Shown: positions 10,245 to 19,471, counted from the stretch's first letter. The stretch: DNA of 64,000 nucleotides from Candidatus Doudnabacteria bacterium RIFCSPHIGHO2_12_FULL_48_16 (GCA_001780035.1 MFEY01000007.1:331146-395145), one strand, 5' to 3'. Notes: generated by a model not told the origin, from the letters alone. Numbers and translations are program-made.

Positions 10245-10763
10245 ATGAACGAGATACTTAAAAAAATTATTTTAGACTTACTGCGGCAGATGGGTTTTGA
10301 GGCCGAAGTTTATGAGCGGATGGAAGAAGACCGCACGGTTTTTAATGTCAAAACTAGAGACGCTCAGCTGTTGATCGGCAAGCAGGGTGCGAATCTGCAG
10401 GCTCTGCAGCATCTGATCCGAATTTTGTTTCGCAAGCAAACCAATGATGACCCGTCTCGCCCGGCGCGAGCCGAGGCGGACCGGTTTCCGTTTGCCGTCG
10501 ATATCGATGACTACAAAGACCAGCGCAGTTTGTATCTGAAGGAGTTGGCGCGCAAGGCCGCCCACCACGTGCGCCAAACCCGTAAGCCGGTGTCACTCGA
10601 ACCTATGCCGGCGCATGAGCGCCGGGTGGTCCATTCTTATCTTTCACTTTATAATGATATCGGTTCCGAAAGTGTGGGGGTGGAACCGAATCGCAAATTG
10701 ATTATCAAGCCCAAACAAAAACCCAAGGACAAGGATGGGTTTAATTTCGTCGAAAATAGTTAA
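10245..10763 (+). CDS. jag: RNA-binding protein Jag/KhpB (KH + R3H domains)
   Basis: Canonical position after yidC. The R3H-like C-terminus ends ...IIKPKQKPKDKDGFNFVENS. Confidence 0.75.
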   Translation: MNEILKKIILDLLRQMGFEAEVYERMEEDRTVFNVKTRDAQLLIGKQGANLQALQHLIRILFRKQTNDDPSRPARAEADRFPFAVDIDDYKDQRSLYLKELARKAAHHVRQTRKPVSLEPMPAHERRVVHSYLSLYNDIGSESVGVEPNRKLIIKPKQKPKDKDGFNFVENS

Positions 10764-11545
10764 GCCCGGATCTTTAGTGGTTTAGAAATTTGCCAGATCA
10801 ATTCAAATTGGCCCTTTAGCATTTCAGCCAATTCTTCACTTTCAATCAAAAACCCGAAATTTTCCCGTGAGGATGAGATAAACCTCACGGTATTTTTGTA
10901 TATGGCGTACCCCAGGGAAAAATTAATGTTTGTTTGCGCGATTCGGACTTCCCTTTTGAATTCTGGGCCGAAAGCTAAGAATTTATGAACTTTGATAGAC
11001 GGGATTTGGTTTTGTGGCCAAATCACCTTGATTTTGATGTTGTTGGCTAATCTTTTTTTGTTGAATTCTTCTATAAAGTCAGGACCCAAAGTCTCCAACA
11101 CGTTCAGTATCGGCCAATAAGCCAAGAGGGTTATGTTTTCGTAGAGCAATAAATCCTTCATCATTTGCCGAAGTTCTTCCTGAGTTTCGAATAGCTGCAC
11201 CCGGGGCTGAAACAATTTACCATTCTTAGTATGTATACTTTTTAATTCATTCAAGGCTTGGCGGGCTTCAATAAGTTTATTCTCTTTTTCTTGGATTAAG
11301 AGATTGATTTTTTCGTATGGTGAAATAGCGAATAGTTTAATTCCATTTTTGAGAGTCTCAAAGACCAGACCCAGTTTAGTCATCTGGTCTAAAGAATTAT
11401 ATACTGTCGTCCGATTGGACTTTATTTGCTTAGCCAGAGAACTGGCTTTTTGAGGGCCGGTTAGAAGCAGGACCTCAAAAATTTGTATCTGAGAAGGATC
11501 CAAAGCAAATACTGAATAGATTGATTTTAAGTTCATTGTTGTCAA
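10760..11545 (-). CDS. TrmB-like HTH transcriptional regulator (paralog 1 of 5)
   Basis: N-terminal winged HTH (IQIFEVLLLTGPQKASSLAKQIKSNRTTVYNSLDQMTKLGLV) plus a ~170-aa C-terminal domain shared with 13630, 21130, 42443 and 55485. Confidence 0.6.
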   Translation of the reverse strand: MTTMNLKSIYSVFALDPSQIQIFEVLLLTGPQKASSLAKQIKSNRTTVYNSLDQMTKLGLVFETLKNGIKLFAISPYEKINLLIQEKENKLIEARQALNELKSIHTKNGKLFQPRVQLFETQEELRQMMKDLLLYENITLLAYWPILNVLETLGPDFIEEFNKKRLANNIKIKVIWPQNQIPSIKVHKFLAFGPEFKREVRIAQTNINFSLGYAIYKNTVRFISSSRENFGFLIESEELAEMLKGQFELIWQISKPLKIRA

Positions 11546-11600
11546 ATTGTCTCAACAGTCTTTACAATATATTATATTATTTGCATAATGTCAAATCAAC

Positions 11601-12263
11601 TTGATGGAGGACAACATGAAAAAACGATTGTTGGTAGTCGATCTGGGTTACACGCAGGGCCAATCGGTTATCGGCCAATTCCCCGAGTCTACGGAATTGA
11701 AGGTCGTGTATACATTGGAAGAGGCACATGAGGAAGTTCGGCCCAAATATGGTCATACGTGGGAAGAACTGTGGGCGCAGTATAGGCCGAACCATGCAGG
11801 AGGCAATACTCAATGGTGGCATCATTTCAAAATAAGACGTGAGAAGTTACTCCAATCGCGCCTGCCATACTGGGACGCAGTGTTGACTGACTTGTGGGAG
11901 AACGACACAGATCAGATTCCCGTAGGGTTTGGAATAGCCACGATCGCTGTATTCTCCGGGGCCAAATACGTAGGGATTATGCAAAGGCGTAGTCGCAAAG
12001 ACTCCATCTTTCATTGGCTGCCAGGTTTAGGTTTTGATAACCCATCATGGTTGCAGATCGAAGAAAGAAAAGTTATCGTGTCTAACGACCAACCATATGG
12101 GAAGGGGTGGTGTGAGCAGTGGAACGATCTTTTGAGAACATCGGTGGTCTCCAATGAATTCCCCACGGATAGTTACACGAACCAGCGGGTAAAGATGGAG
12201 GAAATGGGCGGCTATGAGGCAGCTGTAAACCACTACTGGCCAGATCTCATCAAACCTAAATAA
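11601..12263 (+). CDS. Hypothetical Trp/His-rich protein (ORFan)
   Basis: 220-aa ORF with good coding periodicity, divergent from TrmB paralog 1 and followed by an intrinsic terminator. I recognise no domain. Confidence 0.45.
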   Translation: MMEDNMKKRLLVVDLGYTQGQSVIGQFPESTELKVVYTLEEAHEEVRPKYGHTWEELWAQYRPNHAGGNTQWWHHFKIRREKLLQSRLPYWDAVLTDLWENDTDQIPVGFGIATIAVFSGAKYVGIMQRRSRKDSIFHWLPGLGFDNPSWLQIEERKVIVSNDQPYGKGWCEQWNDLLRTSVVSNEFPTDSYTNQRVKMEEMGGYEAAVNHYWPDLIKPK

Positions 12264-12278
12264 AGCCTAAATAAAAGC

Positions 12279-12316
12279 ATGGCTCAGTCGCTGACTGAGC
12301 CATGCTAGTTTTTATA
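12279..12316 (+). terminator. Intrinsic terminator (21-bp perfect palindrome GGCTCAGTCGCTGACTGAGCC followed by a T-run)
   Basis: GCATGGCTCAGTCGCTGACTGAGCCATGC followed by TAGTTTTTA. The same palindrome recurs at 13173. Confidence 0.6.
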
Positions 12317-12392
12317 TAGCGTTGGCGATAAAGATTTAATCTTGGATATAGAACAGACTGATCATGAACCAAAATAAGATCGCCAGATCGTT

Positions 12393-12431
12393 TTTGAAGT
12401 AAGGGACATCGACCAAGTCGTGCAGAATCAG
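12393..12431. pseudogene. Remnant of the 3' end of the O-antigen-ligase-like gene (copy of 14436-14474)
   Basis: TTTGAAGTAAGGGACATCGACCAAGTCGTGCAGAATCAG versus CTTGAAATAAGGGACATCGACCAAGCCGTGCAAAATCAC at 14436, about 34/39 identical. There is no intact reading frame. Confidence 0.45.
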
Positions 12432-12450
12432 TTGGTCATGAACCCGCCCG

Positions 12451-12520
12451 CAAATTGGTGATCCGGCCCAAACAAAAACCCAAAGATAAAGATGGGTTTA
12501 ACTTTGTGGAAAACAGCTAG
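12451..12520 (+). pseudogene. Remnant of the jag 3' end (copy of 10694-10763)
   Basis: Encodes PKQKPKDKDGFNFVENS* in frame, identical in protein to the Jag C-terminus, at about 85% nucleotide identity. It has no start or upstream ORF. Confidence 0.5.
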
Positions 12521-12527
12521 AAATTAA

Positions 12528-12556
12528 ATCGTCCCGATTAATCGGGACGATTTTAC
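12528..12556. terminator. Hairpin terminator (24-bp perfect palindrome ATCGTCCCGATTAATCGGGACGAT followed by a T-run)
   Basis: Lies immediately after the jag remnant and immediately 3' of brnA on the other strand. Confidence 0.5.
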
Positions 12557-12832
12557 TTAATCGCGCTTTGGCTGACCGTTTGAATATTGGTGGATCAGCG
12601 AAGCCATCAGAGTTTGATACGGAATACCTTTTTGTAGAGCCATCGCTTTTATCTTCAACAAGTCGCTTTCCGATAGGCGAATGTTAACATTTCTTGTTTT
12701 ATCTAAAGCAGCCTTCGCGTATGCTTGGTAACGCAATTTCTCAATTTTTTGATTAGAGACAGGCTTAACTTTACCCTTTTCATAGGATTTTATTATCTCT
12801 TTTTCGTAATCATCGAGTTCTAAATATTGCAT
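12557..12832 (-). CDS. brnA: BrnA-like (CopG/RHH-type) antitoxin
   Basis: 91 aa. ...NVNIRLSESDLLKIKAMALQKGIPYQTLMASLIHQY matches the BrnA antitoxin signature (xRLxxxxLxxxKxxAxxxGxxYQTxIxxxLxxY). It follows the brnT-like gene with a 3-nt gap. Confidence 0.65.
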   Translation of the reverse strand: MQYLELDDYEKEIIKSYEKGKVKPVSNQKIEKLRYQAYAKAALDKTRNVNIRLSESDLLKIKAMALQKGIPYQTLMASLIHQYSNGQPKRD

Positions 12833-12835
12833 AGT

Positions 12836-13111
12836 TTATTTATTAATTAAGTATTTCTTAGTCGCCTTACGGCTCGGGATAATAGTTTTTAAAAAGATTT
12901 TTTTATCATCTTCCACAAAAGGAACCAAGTAAGCGTAATGATTGATTTCAACCACAAAGATTTTTTGGTTGAGGTATTTTTTTGAGTTCGGGTGTTCTAG
13001 GATGTCGAGTAACCGACCCTCATTTAAGGCTATAATGATATACTCAAATCCTATACCGCGGCTATCTATTAGCTGAATATTTTTATCAACACTCCAGTCA
13101 AAATACTTCAT
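12836..13111 (-). CDS. brnT: BrnT-like toxin (DUF497 ribonuclease)
   Basis: 91 aa: MKYFDWSVDKNIQ...ILEHPNSKKYLNQKIFVVEINHYAYLVPFVEDDKKIFLKTIIPSRKATKKY. The pattern FxWDxxKNxxNxxKHGIxF ... ISARKATKKE is the BrnT hallmark. Toxin-first gene order is typical of BrnTA. Confidence 0.65.
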   Translation of the reverse strand: MKYFDWSVDKNIQLIDSRGIGFEYIIIALNEGRLLDILEHPNSKKYLNQKIFVVEINHYAYLVPFVEDDKKIFLKTIIPSRKATKKYLINK

Positions 13112-13171
13112 AAATATAGTTTATGACAAAGCATACTATTTGTCAATATATAGGTTCAAATAAAAAGGAAC

Positions 13172-13206
13172 GGCTCAGTCGCTGACTGAGCCGTGCCGCC
13201 GACTTT
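13172..13206 (-). terminator. Terminator for the 13207-13563 gene (second copy of the GGCTCAGTCGCTGACTGAGCC palindrome plus a GCCGCC hairpin)
   Basis: ACGGCTCAGTCGCTGACTGAGCCGT followed on the minus strand by TTCCTTTTTATTTG. Confidence 0.55.
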
Positions 13207-13563
13207 TTAAGTTGGCGGCATTCGGAACGAATCCAAGAGCGCGGCAAGAAGCTTCGATTTACCCAATTTCTTGATAGGCCCACTTGCTGTAAAGCGTGTT
13301 CCTGTCCAACGCACTATTTTGTGTGCGATCCGGCCGATTACGATGCCCATTGGCAGAGATATCGCGAAGGACACGTACCACGCATGTAGCCATCTCGCAA
13401 CAAAATCGTCAACGAAACCCAAGTTCCGCCAGGTCGCCACGCCGGTCACGAGTAGGCTCATGAACAGCATCCGGAGCACTTGCTCTGCGTACCAGACCAT
13501 TATTCCTCCTTTGTGTTGCCAGAGTGCAACGATATAGATTATCAGTTCTAGGAATATATACAA
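13207..13563 (-). CDS. Hypothetical small membrane protein
   Basis: 118 aa with 2-3 predicted transmembrane helices. The true start may be the internal Met (MVWYAEQVL...). Confidence 0.4.
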   Translation of the reverse strand: MYIFLELIIYIVALWQHKGGIMVWYAEQVLRMLFMSLLVTGVATWRNLGFVDDFVARWLHAWYVSFAISLPMGIVIGRIAHKIVRWTGTRFTASGPIKKLGKSKLLAALLDSFRMPPT

Positions 13564-13629
13564 TAATTTGGGCAGTTATTTCGAGATATTGACAAAAAGC
13601 CAATAAATAAGGCATTATATAGGCAATTA

Positions 13630-14388
13630 ATGCCGCCAGTTTTTATGGCAGAATCCCAATTAGAGCGCATTCTTATCGAATATGGGCTTAGACAAAAACA
13701 AGCCAAGGTTTACTTGGCGTGTTTGGAAGTGGGTTCAGGCACCGTGCTGAAGATCGCCCAAGCCGCTGGCATGCCCCGTTCCACTACGGAACTGGAACTG
13801 AACCACTTGTTGGACAGCGGTCTGGTCTCCATGTATAAAAAGAAAAGCGTGAAGTATTTTAGTGCCGATGACCCTCATTCGCTTTTGAATTTACTGGAAG
13901 AAAAATCCGAACTAATCCAAAGAGCGCTGCCAAAATTTGTTTCTTTATATGGCAGCAATAAAACCAGGCCCTCAGTGCGATTTTACGAAGGCCGTCAGGG
14001 GTTGAAGCTAGTCTTAGGTGAAATACTTGTGGAAGCCAAGGAATTAATTTCACTTGGTTCAGCAGAGGATTTATTTAAAGTTTTGGAAGACTTTCCGGAA
14101 TTCGTAATGAAAAGAGTGGAACGTAAAATTCCTGTTAAAGTTATTCTTATAGATTCTCCGAAGGCCAGAGAGAGAAAGCTTCTGGGACCACAACAGCTTC
14201 GGCAGGTAAGACTGATACCGGAAACTTACAGTTATCACGGTCAATACAATGTTTGGAACAACAAGATCGCGATGTTTTCCTTTGGCCGTAATTTGTCAGC
14301 TGTGGTAATAGAAAGCCTAGAACTGGCGCAAATGCAAAAGGCTGCCTTTAATTTTATGTGGGACAGCCTGGAGGTCAAGAGAAATTAA
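13630..14388 (+). CDS. TrmB-like HTH transcriptional regulator (paralog 2 of 5)
   Basis: N-terminal HTH ILIEYGLRQKQAKVYLACLEVGSGTVLKIAQAAGMPRSTTELELNHLLDSGLV and the conserved C-terminal domain. Confidence 0.6.
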   Translation: MPPVFMAESQLERILIEYGLRQKQAKVYLACLEVGSGTVLKIAQAAGMPRSTTELELNHLLDSGLVSMYKKKSVKYFSADDPHSLLNLLEEKSELIQRALPKFVSLYGSNKTRPSVRFYEGRQGLKLVLGEILVEAKELISLGSAEDLFKVLEDFPEFVMKRVERKIPVKVILIDSPKARERKLLGPQQLRQVRLIPETYSYHGQYNVWNNKIAMFSFGRNLSAVVIESLELAQMQKAAFNFMWDSLEVKRN

Positions 14389-15587
14389 TTGTCTAAGTAA
14401 AATAGTGAAATCGCAAACCAAAACAGCACGGCTAAATCATTCTTGAAATAAGGGACATCGACCAAGCCGTGCAAAATCACAATCAGCAGGAATGCCGCGG
14501 CCGCCAGGCCCCACACCGTGGGGTGTTTTTTTTGCCGCTCGCCGACGGCACCTATGATCAGACCAAATGCCAGCAGCCCAAGCAAGCCGGTTTCGAGCCA
14601 GAAGTTCAGAAAAATATTGTGCGGATAATTGAGAATCTCTCCTTGAAAGTCGGCCGCGCTCAGAGTCGTGCGAAAACCGTGCAGTCCGTTGCCCAAAAAT
14701 GGTTCGTCTTGGATTTTTTGGATGCCAAGCCGCATGAGCTCCAGCCGGGCGTCACTGGAAGCATCGGAGACGGCGGAGACGAGCCGTTGCCGGATCGGAG
14801 CCACTCCCACTCCCAATGATCCGAGCAATACCAGGGTGACGATGGTCAGTACAGCCCGGCCGCTGTGGTTTTTGATCAGGAACAGAGTCAGGGTAATTGC
14901 AACCGCGAGCCAGGCGCCCCGGGAAAAGGTGAGAATCAAGGCCGCGGCCATGAGCAGGAGCCCCAGAATTTCCAGCCATTCGCGTTCAAATAACCGATAT
15001 TTTTTGTAAATTAAAATCGCAAACAGACCAAACAACGGCGCCAGGAACAAGGCCAGGGCATTCGGATAATCGAAAACCGAAGTTATGCGCTCCGGTTCTA
15101 TCCCCGTGCCCCAAAATCGGATTGGCAAGCCGGACAGGGTAAAATATTGGACGACGCCGAACAGCGAGATTAATCCGGAGCTCACAAACAATCCCTGCAG
15201 CGCCAATCTGATATTTGATTTTTCTTCCCATAGCAACACTAGCGCGTAAAATACCAAGACTGGTTCGATAAAGAAAGCCTTCAGTTCTCCCAGGGCCTTA
15301 AGTTTTTCCGGCGAGAGATAGGCGGCCACAGACGCGGCCAGTAAAAATAACCCGATGATCCAATTGAGCCGGCCGAGTTTGCGAAGCGGCCGGAAGTCCG
15401 GCTGTTGGGCCAGCAATCCGACAAGAAAAGCCAGGATTAAAACTTCAAGCAGAGTGGTTGGCAATCCCAGCAGCGTGAATCGGACTTGATAAGCCGGCAG
15501 CAAAAACAGCAGGACGGCCAAAGCCCAGCCAGGTTTTTTGAAAGCCAGATATAAGAAACAGACACTGATGACAAAAATGATCGTCAT
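14385..15587 (-). CDS. O-antigen ligase / Wzy-like polytopic membrane protein
   Basis: 400 aa with about 10 transmembrane helices and the Wzy_C-like motif ...LTFSRGAWLAVAITLTLFLI. Confidence 0.55.
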   Translation of the reverse strand: MTIIFVISVCFLYLAFKKPGWALAVLLFLLPAYQVRFTLLGLPTTLLEVLILAFLVGLLAQQPDFRPLRKLGRLNWIIGLFLLAASVAAYLSPEKLKALGELKAFFIEPVLVFYALVLLWEEKSNIRLALQGLFVSSGLISLFGVVQYFTLSGLPIRFWGTGIEPERITSVFDYPNALALFLAPLFGLFAILIYKKYRLFEREWLEILGLLLMAAALILTFSRGAWLAVAITLTLFLIKNHSGRAVLTIVTLVLLGSLGVGVAPIRQRLVSAVSDASSDARLELMRLGIQKIQDEPFLGNGLHGFRTTLSAADFQGEILNYPHNIFLNFWLETGLLGLLAFGLIIGAVGERQKKHPTVWGLAAAAFLLIVILHGLVDVPYFKNDLAVLFWFAISLFYLDN

Positions 15588-15590
15588 TTA

Positions 15591-18170
15591 TTATTTGGCG
15601 ACATTGATTGATATGCTGTTTTGAATTGTCCCCTGGCCGGGCACATGGGCAAATGCCGAGAGCCGGTGGGCACCGTTATCAATATGCGGAATGGTGAAAC
15701 TAAAGGGCGAATTATTTTTGGTTCCAATCTGCTGATCATCCAGATAAAGTTCGACTGACGTCGGTACGAACCCCGTAACGTCAACCTGCACGGTCAGCGG
15801 CAGCTTATTGATGATCTGATTATTGACCGGCGCGACAAAGCTCACCAGCTTGTCATTGCTGCCCGGCGTTCCATCCAAGCCGCCGCTCCCGGCTGACCCA
15901 TCATCCTCTTCAGTCGGCGGGTAGGCAAAGCCGGCGGCCAGGGCCCAAGCCCGAACCGGGTTTTCCCAGTTGGGATTATTGGGCATTTCCGAATGCAGCA
16001 CGGTGTAGACCCGGTTTTCCAGCGCATCCGGCGGGGTCAGGCTGGAGGCTTTTAAGCCGTTGTATTTGTTGATGGCCACGGAGATGTGGACGTCGTCGAA
16101 ATCTTTGGGCAGGGCGAAGCTGGCAAAAACTTCGCTCTTGGTCGACGGGGTCAATTCGGTCGGCAATTTACCGGAAATAGCATCCACCACCACGCGCTGG
16201 ATGCCCGGCGGCTCAGCAAAGGTTTCCGCCGGCGTTCCTTTGAGCGCATTGAGCATAAACTGACGCCAGATCGGAGCGGCCACGATGACGCCGTCCGCAC
16301 CGCGGCGCATGACGGAAGAATCGTTGTTGCCCACCCAGACGCCGGCTACCAGCGAGGGAGTAAAGCCCAGGGCCCAGCCGTCCTTCCATTCTTGGGTCGT
16401 GCCGGTTTTGGCGGCCACCACCCGACCGGGCAAAGTTAACGGCGAGTTGGGCCCGAAGACAAATGCGCGCGCGTCGTTGTCAGTCATGACGCTGTCAACT
16501 TCGTAGGCGACTTGGGGGTCAATCACTTCGCGGCCCTCGCCCGGCTTGTATTCTTCCAAGACGTTGCCCTGGCCGTCCTCCACTTTCAGAATCGGTGTTG
16601 CCTCGTGCCGGATTCCCATATTGGCAAAGACCCCCATGGCTGAGACGTGGTCCAACAGTTTAAGTTCACAGCCGCCCAAAACCAGGGCCAAGCCACAGCG
16701 ATCGGCGCTGATGTCCGAGGTAATGCCCATGTCTTTGGCCGTATCAATGGCATTTTGGACGCCGACCAGGGCCAGGGTTTTAACCGCCGGGATGTTTAAC
16801 GATCCGGCAAACCCTTTGCGGATATTCACGATCCCGTGGTTGGCGCCGTCATAATTGCCCGGGGCGTATTCCTTGCCGCCGTAGGTGCCAAACACGGTTC
16901 GCACATCCACCAGCATCGTAGCCGGGCTCAATCCCTGTTTGAAGGCGGTGGCGTAAATGTAAGGTTTGATTGAGGATCCGGGCTGGCGTTCGCGCAGGGC
17001 GACATTGACCTGGCCGTCGTGTTCATCGTCAAAATAATTGCGTGAGCCGACCATGGCCAGAATCTCGCCGGTCTTTGGATCAATTGCAACCAGCGAGGCA
17101 TTGGAGGCGTTGTTTCGTTTTTCATTGATGGTCACACCATCGGTAACCGCTTTTTCCGCTATTTGCTGCAGGTTCCAGTCCAGCGAGGTCGTAACTTTGA
17201 GGCCGCCCACTTCCAAAGTTTGTTCGCCGTATTTTTCCGCCAGCAAGCTTTCCACGTAGAGCACGAAGTGCGGGGCCAGGATCGCGTCGCGGACTTTGTT
17301 GAAGGTCACTTTTTCCGCCTTGGCGGTCTCTGCCTGATCATGAGTGATGTATCCTTGCTCGGCCATTTGATCGAGCACGTAATTTTTTCGGCCATCGAGC
17401 CGGTCGCGGTTCGGCCCGCTCGGGTTATAAAAACTTGGCGCCTGGGGCAGGGCCGCGACATAAGCGGATTCGGCCAGGGTCAGATCGTGGGCGTGTTTGT
17501 CGAAGTAAGTCTGTGCGGCCGCTTCGATCCCGTAGGCATTCTGGCCGTAAGGAATTTCGTTTAAATAAAAACCGAGAATCTGGTCTTTGGAATAGCGCTG
17601 ATCCAGTTCGACGGCCAATACAATCTCTTTGATTTTCCTGACCCAGGTTTTTTCCCGCGTCAGAATGGCGTTGCGCACAAATTGCTGGGTGATGGTGGAG
17701 CCGCCCTGGCTGAGACTGCCGGAGGTTAAATCCACCCAAATCGAACGAAGAATTCCGGTCCAGCTGACCCCGGAGTTTTTATAAAAATTTTTATCCTCGA
17801 TTGCGATCGCGGCCTGCTTGGCATAATCGGGAATCTCGCTTAAGTCAATCAAAGTCCGCTTGGCCTCGCCATGAACTTCATACAACAGCGTCGTGCCGTC
17901 GCGGGCGTAAATTTTGGTCGATTGGGGAATCAGCCGCGTATCCAGTTTGGCCGGGTCAGGCAGGGTCAGGGCGATGACGGTAAACGAGACGCTGACAAAG
18001 AGCAGGCAGAACCCGCCGAAGTAAAGGACGAACCGGGTGATTTTTTGGCGATAAGCCTTGTCGCTGCGGAATCGTTCCACGAACCGGCGCGGCCAGGCGG
18101 TGGCCAAACCCCAGATTTTTTTGATCGAAAATTTGCGGTGTTTGTTCCAATTGGATTGGATGTAAGCCAT
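15591..18170 (-). CDS. mrcA: Bifunctional class A penicillin-binding protein (PBP1A: transglycosylase + transpeptidase) with C-terminal Ig-like extension
   Basis: 859 aa with an N-terminal transmembrane segment, GT51 motifs (EDKNFYKNSGVS...GGSTITQQ) and transpeptidase motifs SIKP and KTGT. Confidence 0.9.
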   Translation of the reverse strand: MAYIQSNWNKHRKFSIKKIWGLATAWPRRFVERFRSDKAYRQKITRFVLYFGGFCLLFVSVSFTVIALTLPDPAKLDTRLIPQSTKIYARDGTTLLYEVHGEAKRTLIDLSEIPDYAKQAAIAIEDKNFYKNSGVSWTGILRSIWVDLTSGSLSQGGSTITQQFVRNAILTREKTWVRKIKEIVLAVELDQRYSKDQILGFYLNEIPYGQNAYGIEAAAQTYFDKHAHDLTLAESAYVAALPQAPSFYNPSGPNRDRLDGRKNYVLDQMAEQGYITHDQAETAKAEKVTFNKVRDAILAPHFVLYVESLLAEKYGEQTLEVGGLKVTTSLDWNLQQIAEKAVTDGVTINEKRNNASNASLVAIDPKTGEILAMVGSRNYFDDEHDGQVNVALRERQPGSSIKPYIYATAFKQGLSPATMLVDVRTVFGTYGGKEYAPGNYDGANHGIVNIRKGFAGSLNIPAVKTLALVGVQNAIDTAKDMGITSDISADRCGLALVLGGCELKLLDHVSAMGVFANMGIRHEATPILKVEDGQGNVLEEYKPGEGREVIDPQVAYEVDSVMTDNDARAFVFGPNSPLTLPGRVVAAKTGTTQEWKDGWALGFTPSLVAGVWVGNNDSSVMRRGADGVIVAAPIWRQFMLNALKGTPAETFAEPPGIQRVVVDAISGKLPTELTPSTKSEVFASFALPKDFDDVHISVAINKYNGLKASSLTPPDALENRVYTVLHSEMPNNPNWENPVRAWALAAGFAYPPTEEDDGSAGSGGLDGTPGSNDKLVSFVAPVNNQIINKLPLTVQVDVTGFVPTSVELYLDDQQIGTKNNSPFSFTIPHIDNGAHRLSAFAHVPGQGTIQNSISINVAK

Positions 18171-18210
18171 GTTTTTAATTGTATCAAAAAATTGCTATAA
18201 TGTCTTTACT

Positions 18211-19362
18211 ATGAATGAATTACTCACCCGCTCGATTTCCGAAATTATTGACCGGAAGCATTTGGAAGATAATTTGAATTCCGGCCAAAAACTCCGGGTA
18301 AAATTGGGCATTGATCCCACGGCCGCCAAGCTTCATTTGGGTCACGCCGTCGTGCTGCGGATTTTGCGGCGTTTTCAAGACGAAGGACACACGGCGGTCT
18401 TAATCATTGGCGACACCACCGCGTCCATCGGTGACCCCTCGGGGAAAAACGAAACGCGGCCGGCGCTTACTGCCGAACAAATTGCCAAAAATTTTGCTAC
18501 GTATGAAAAACAAGCCTTGAGGATTTTGGACAAGTCTCGGCTGGAAGTCCGCTGGCAATCCGAGTGGTTCAAAAATTTCAATCTTAGCGATGTGATCAGG
18601 GAAGCAGCCCAACTTTCCGCCGGTTGGATTCTTTCCCACGAAACTTTCCGCAATCGTTTGCAGCACGGTCAGCCCTTGGCTTTTCATGAATTATTGTATC
18701 CGTTGGTCCAGGCCTATGACTCGGTGGCGGTGCAGGCGAATGTCGAACTGGGCGGGCCGGATCAAAAATTTAATTTGTTAACCGGTCGGGAGCTGATGCG
18801 GTCACACAAAATGGAGCCCCAAGACATTGTCTTGGGGAAATATTTGATCGGTACCGATGGTCAGAAGATGGGGAAAACCACCGGTAATTTTATCGCTCTG
18901 GAAGAAGAGCCATTTGAAATGTTTGGTAAAGTTATGGCCTTGGTGGACGAGGTTGTGATTGATTATTTTGAGAACGCGACCACTGTGCCGGTGGATGAAA
19001 TTAAAACAATTGAAAAAGAACTGAAAAAAGGGACCAATCCCCGTGACATTAAAAAACGGCTGGCGGCGGAGATTGTTACTTTGTATCATGGCGAGCAGGC
19101 CGCCAGTGTAGCCTCGGATGAATGGCAGAAAGTTTTTAGCAACAAAGAAAAACCCACGGAGATTGAAGAGGTCAAGGTGAAATCAGAAAATATAGTTGAT
19201 GTTCTTGTTGAAACAAAACTAGCCTCAAGCAAAAGCGAGGCCAAGAGATTGATTGAGCAGGATGGTGTAAGGATTGATGATCAGATTGCTTCCGAGGAAT
19301 CAGACACAAGTTCTGGTAATTTAATTCAAGTTGGAAAAAGAAGGTTTATAAAAATTAAGTAA
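18211..19362 (+). CDS. tyrS: Tyrosine--tRNA ligase
   Basis: HIGH-type motif LHLGHAVVL, KMSKS-type motif KMGKT and a C-terminal S4 domain. The start was moved to MNELLTRS (ATG 18211). Confidence 0.9.
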   Translation: MNELLTRSISEIIDRKHLEDNLNSGQKLRVKLGIDPTAAKLHLGHAVVLRILRRFQDEGHTAVLIIGDTTASIGDPSGKNETRPALTAEQIAKNFATYEKQALRILDKSRLEVRWQSEWFKNFNLSDVIREAAQLSAGWILSHETFRNRLQHGQPLAFHELLYPLVQAYDSVAVQANVELGGPDQKFNLLTGRELMRSHKMEPQDIVLGKYLIGTDGQKMGKTTGNFIALEEEPFEMFGKVMALVDEVVIDYFENATTVPVDEIKTIEKELKKGTNPRDIKKRLAAEIVTLYHGEQAASVASDEWQKVFSNKEKPTEIEEVKVKSENIVDVLVETKLASSKSEAKRLIEQDGVRIDDQIASEESDTSSGNLIQVGKRRFIKIK

Positions 19363-19392
19363 TTACTCCCCCGTTGACTCTCTTCTGACGCA

Positions 19393-19420
19393 CCCCCTCT
19401 TATATTAAGAGGGGGTTTTA
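19393..19420 (+). terminator. tyrS intrinsic terminator (CCCCCTCTTA-tat-TAAGAGGGGG + TTTTA), followed by a second similar hairpin at 19437-19457
   Basis: 10-bp GC-rich stem with a T-run, 31 nt after the tyrS stop. Confidence 0.6.
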
Positions 19421-19471
19421 GATTGCTTATTTACTCCTCCCCTTAGAATAAGGGGAGGGTGGGAGGGGTTA

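Noticed and set aside
18179-18201. Possible tyrS promoter TTGTAT-(11)-TATAAT
   Set aside because: The spacer is only 11 nt, which is too short for a sigma-70 promoter. Only the -10-like TATAAT at 18196 is credible, so no promoter feature was called.
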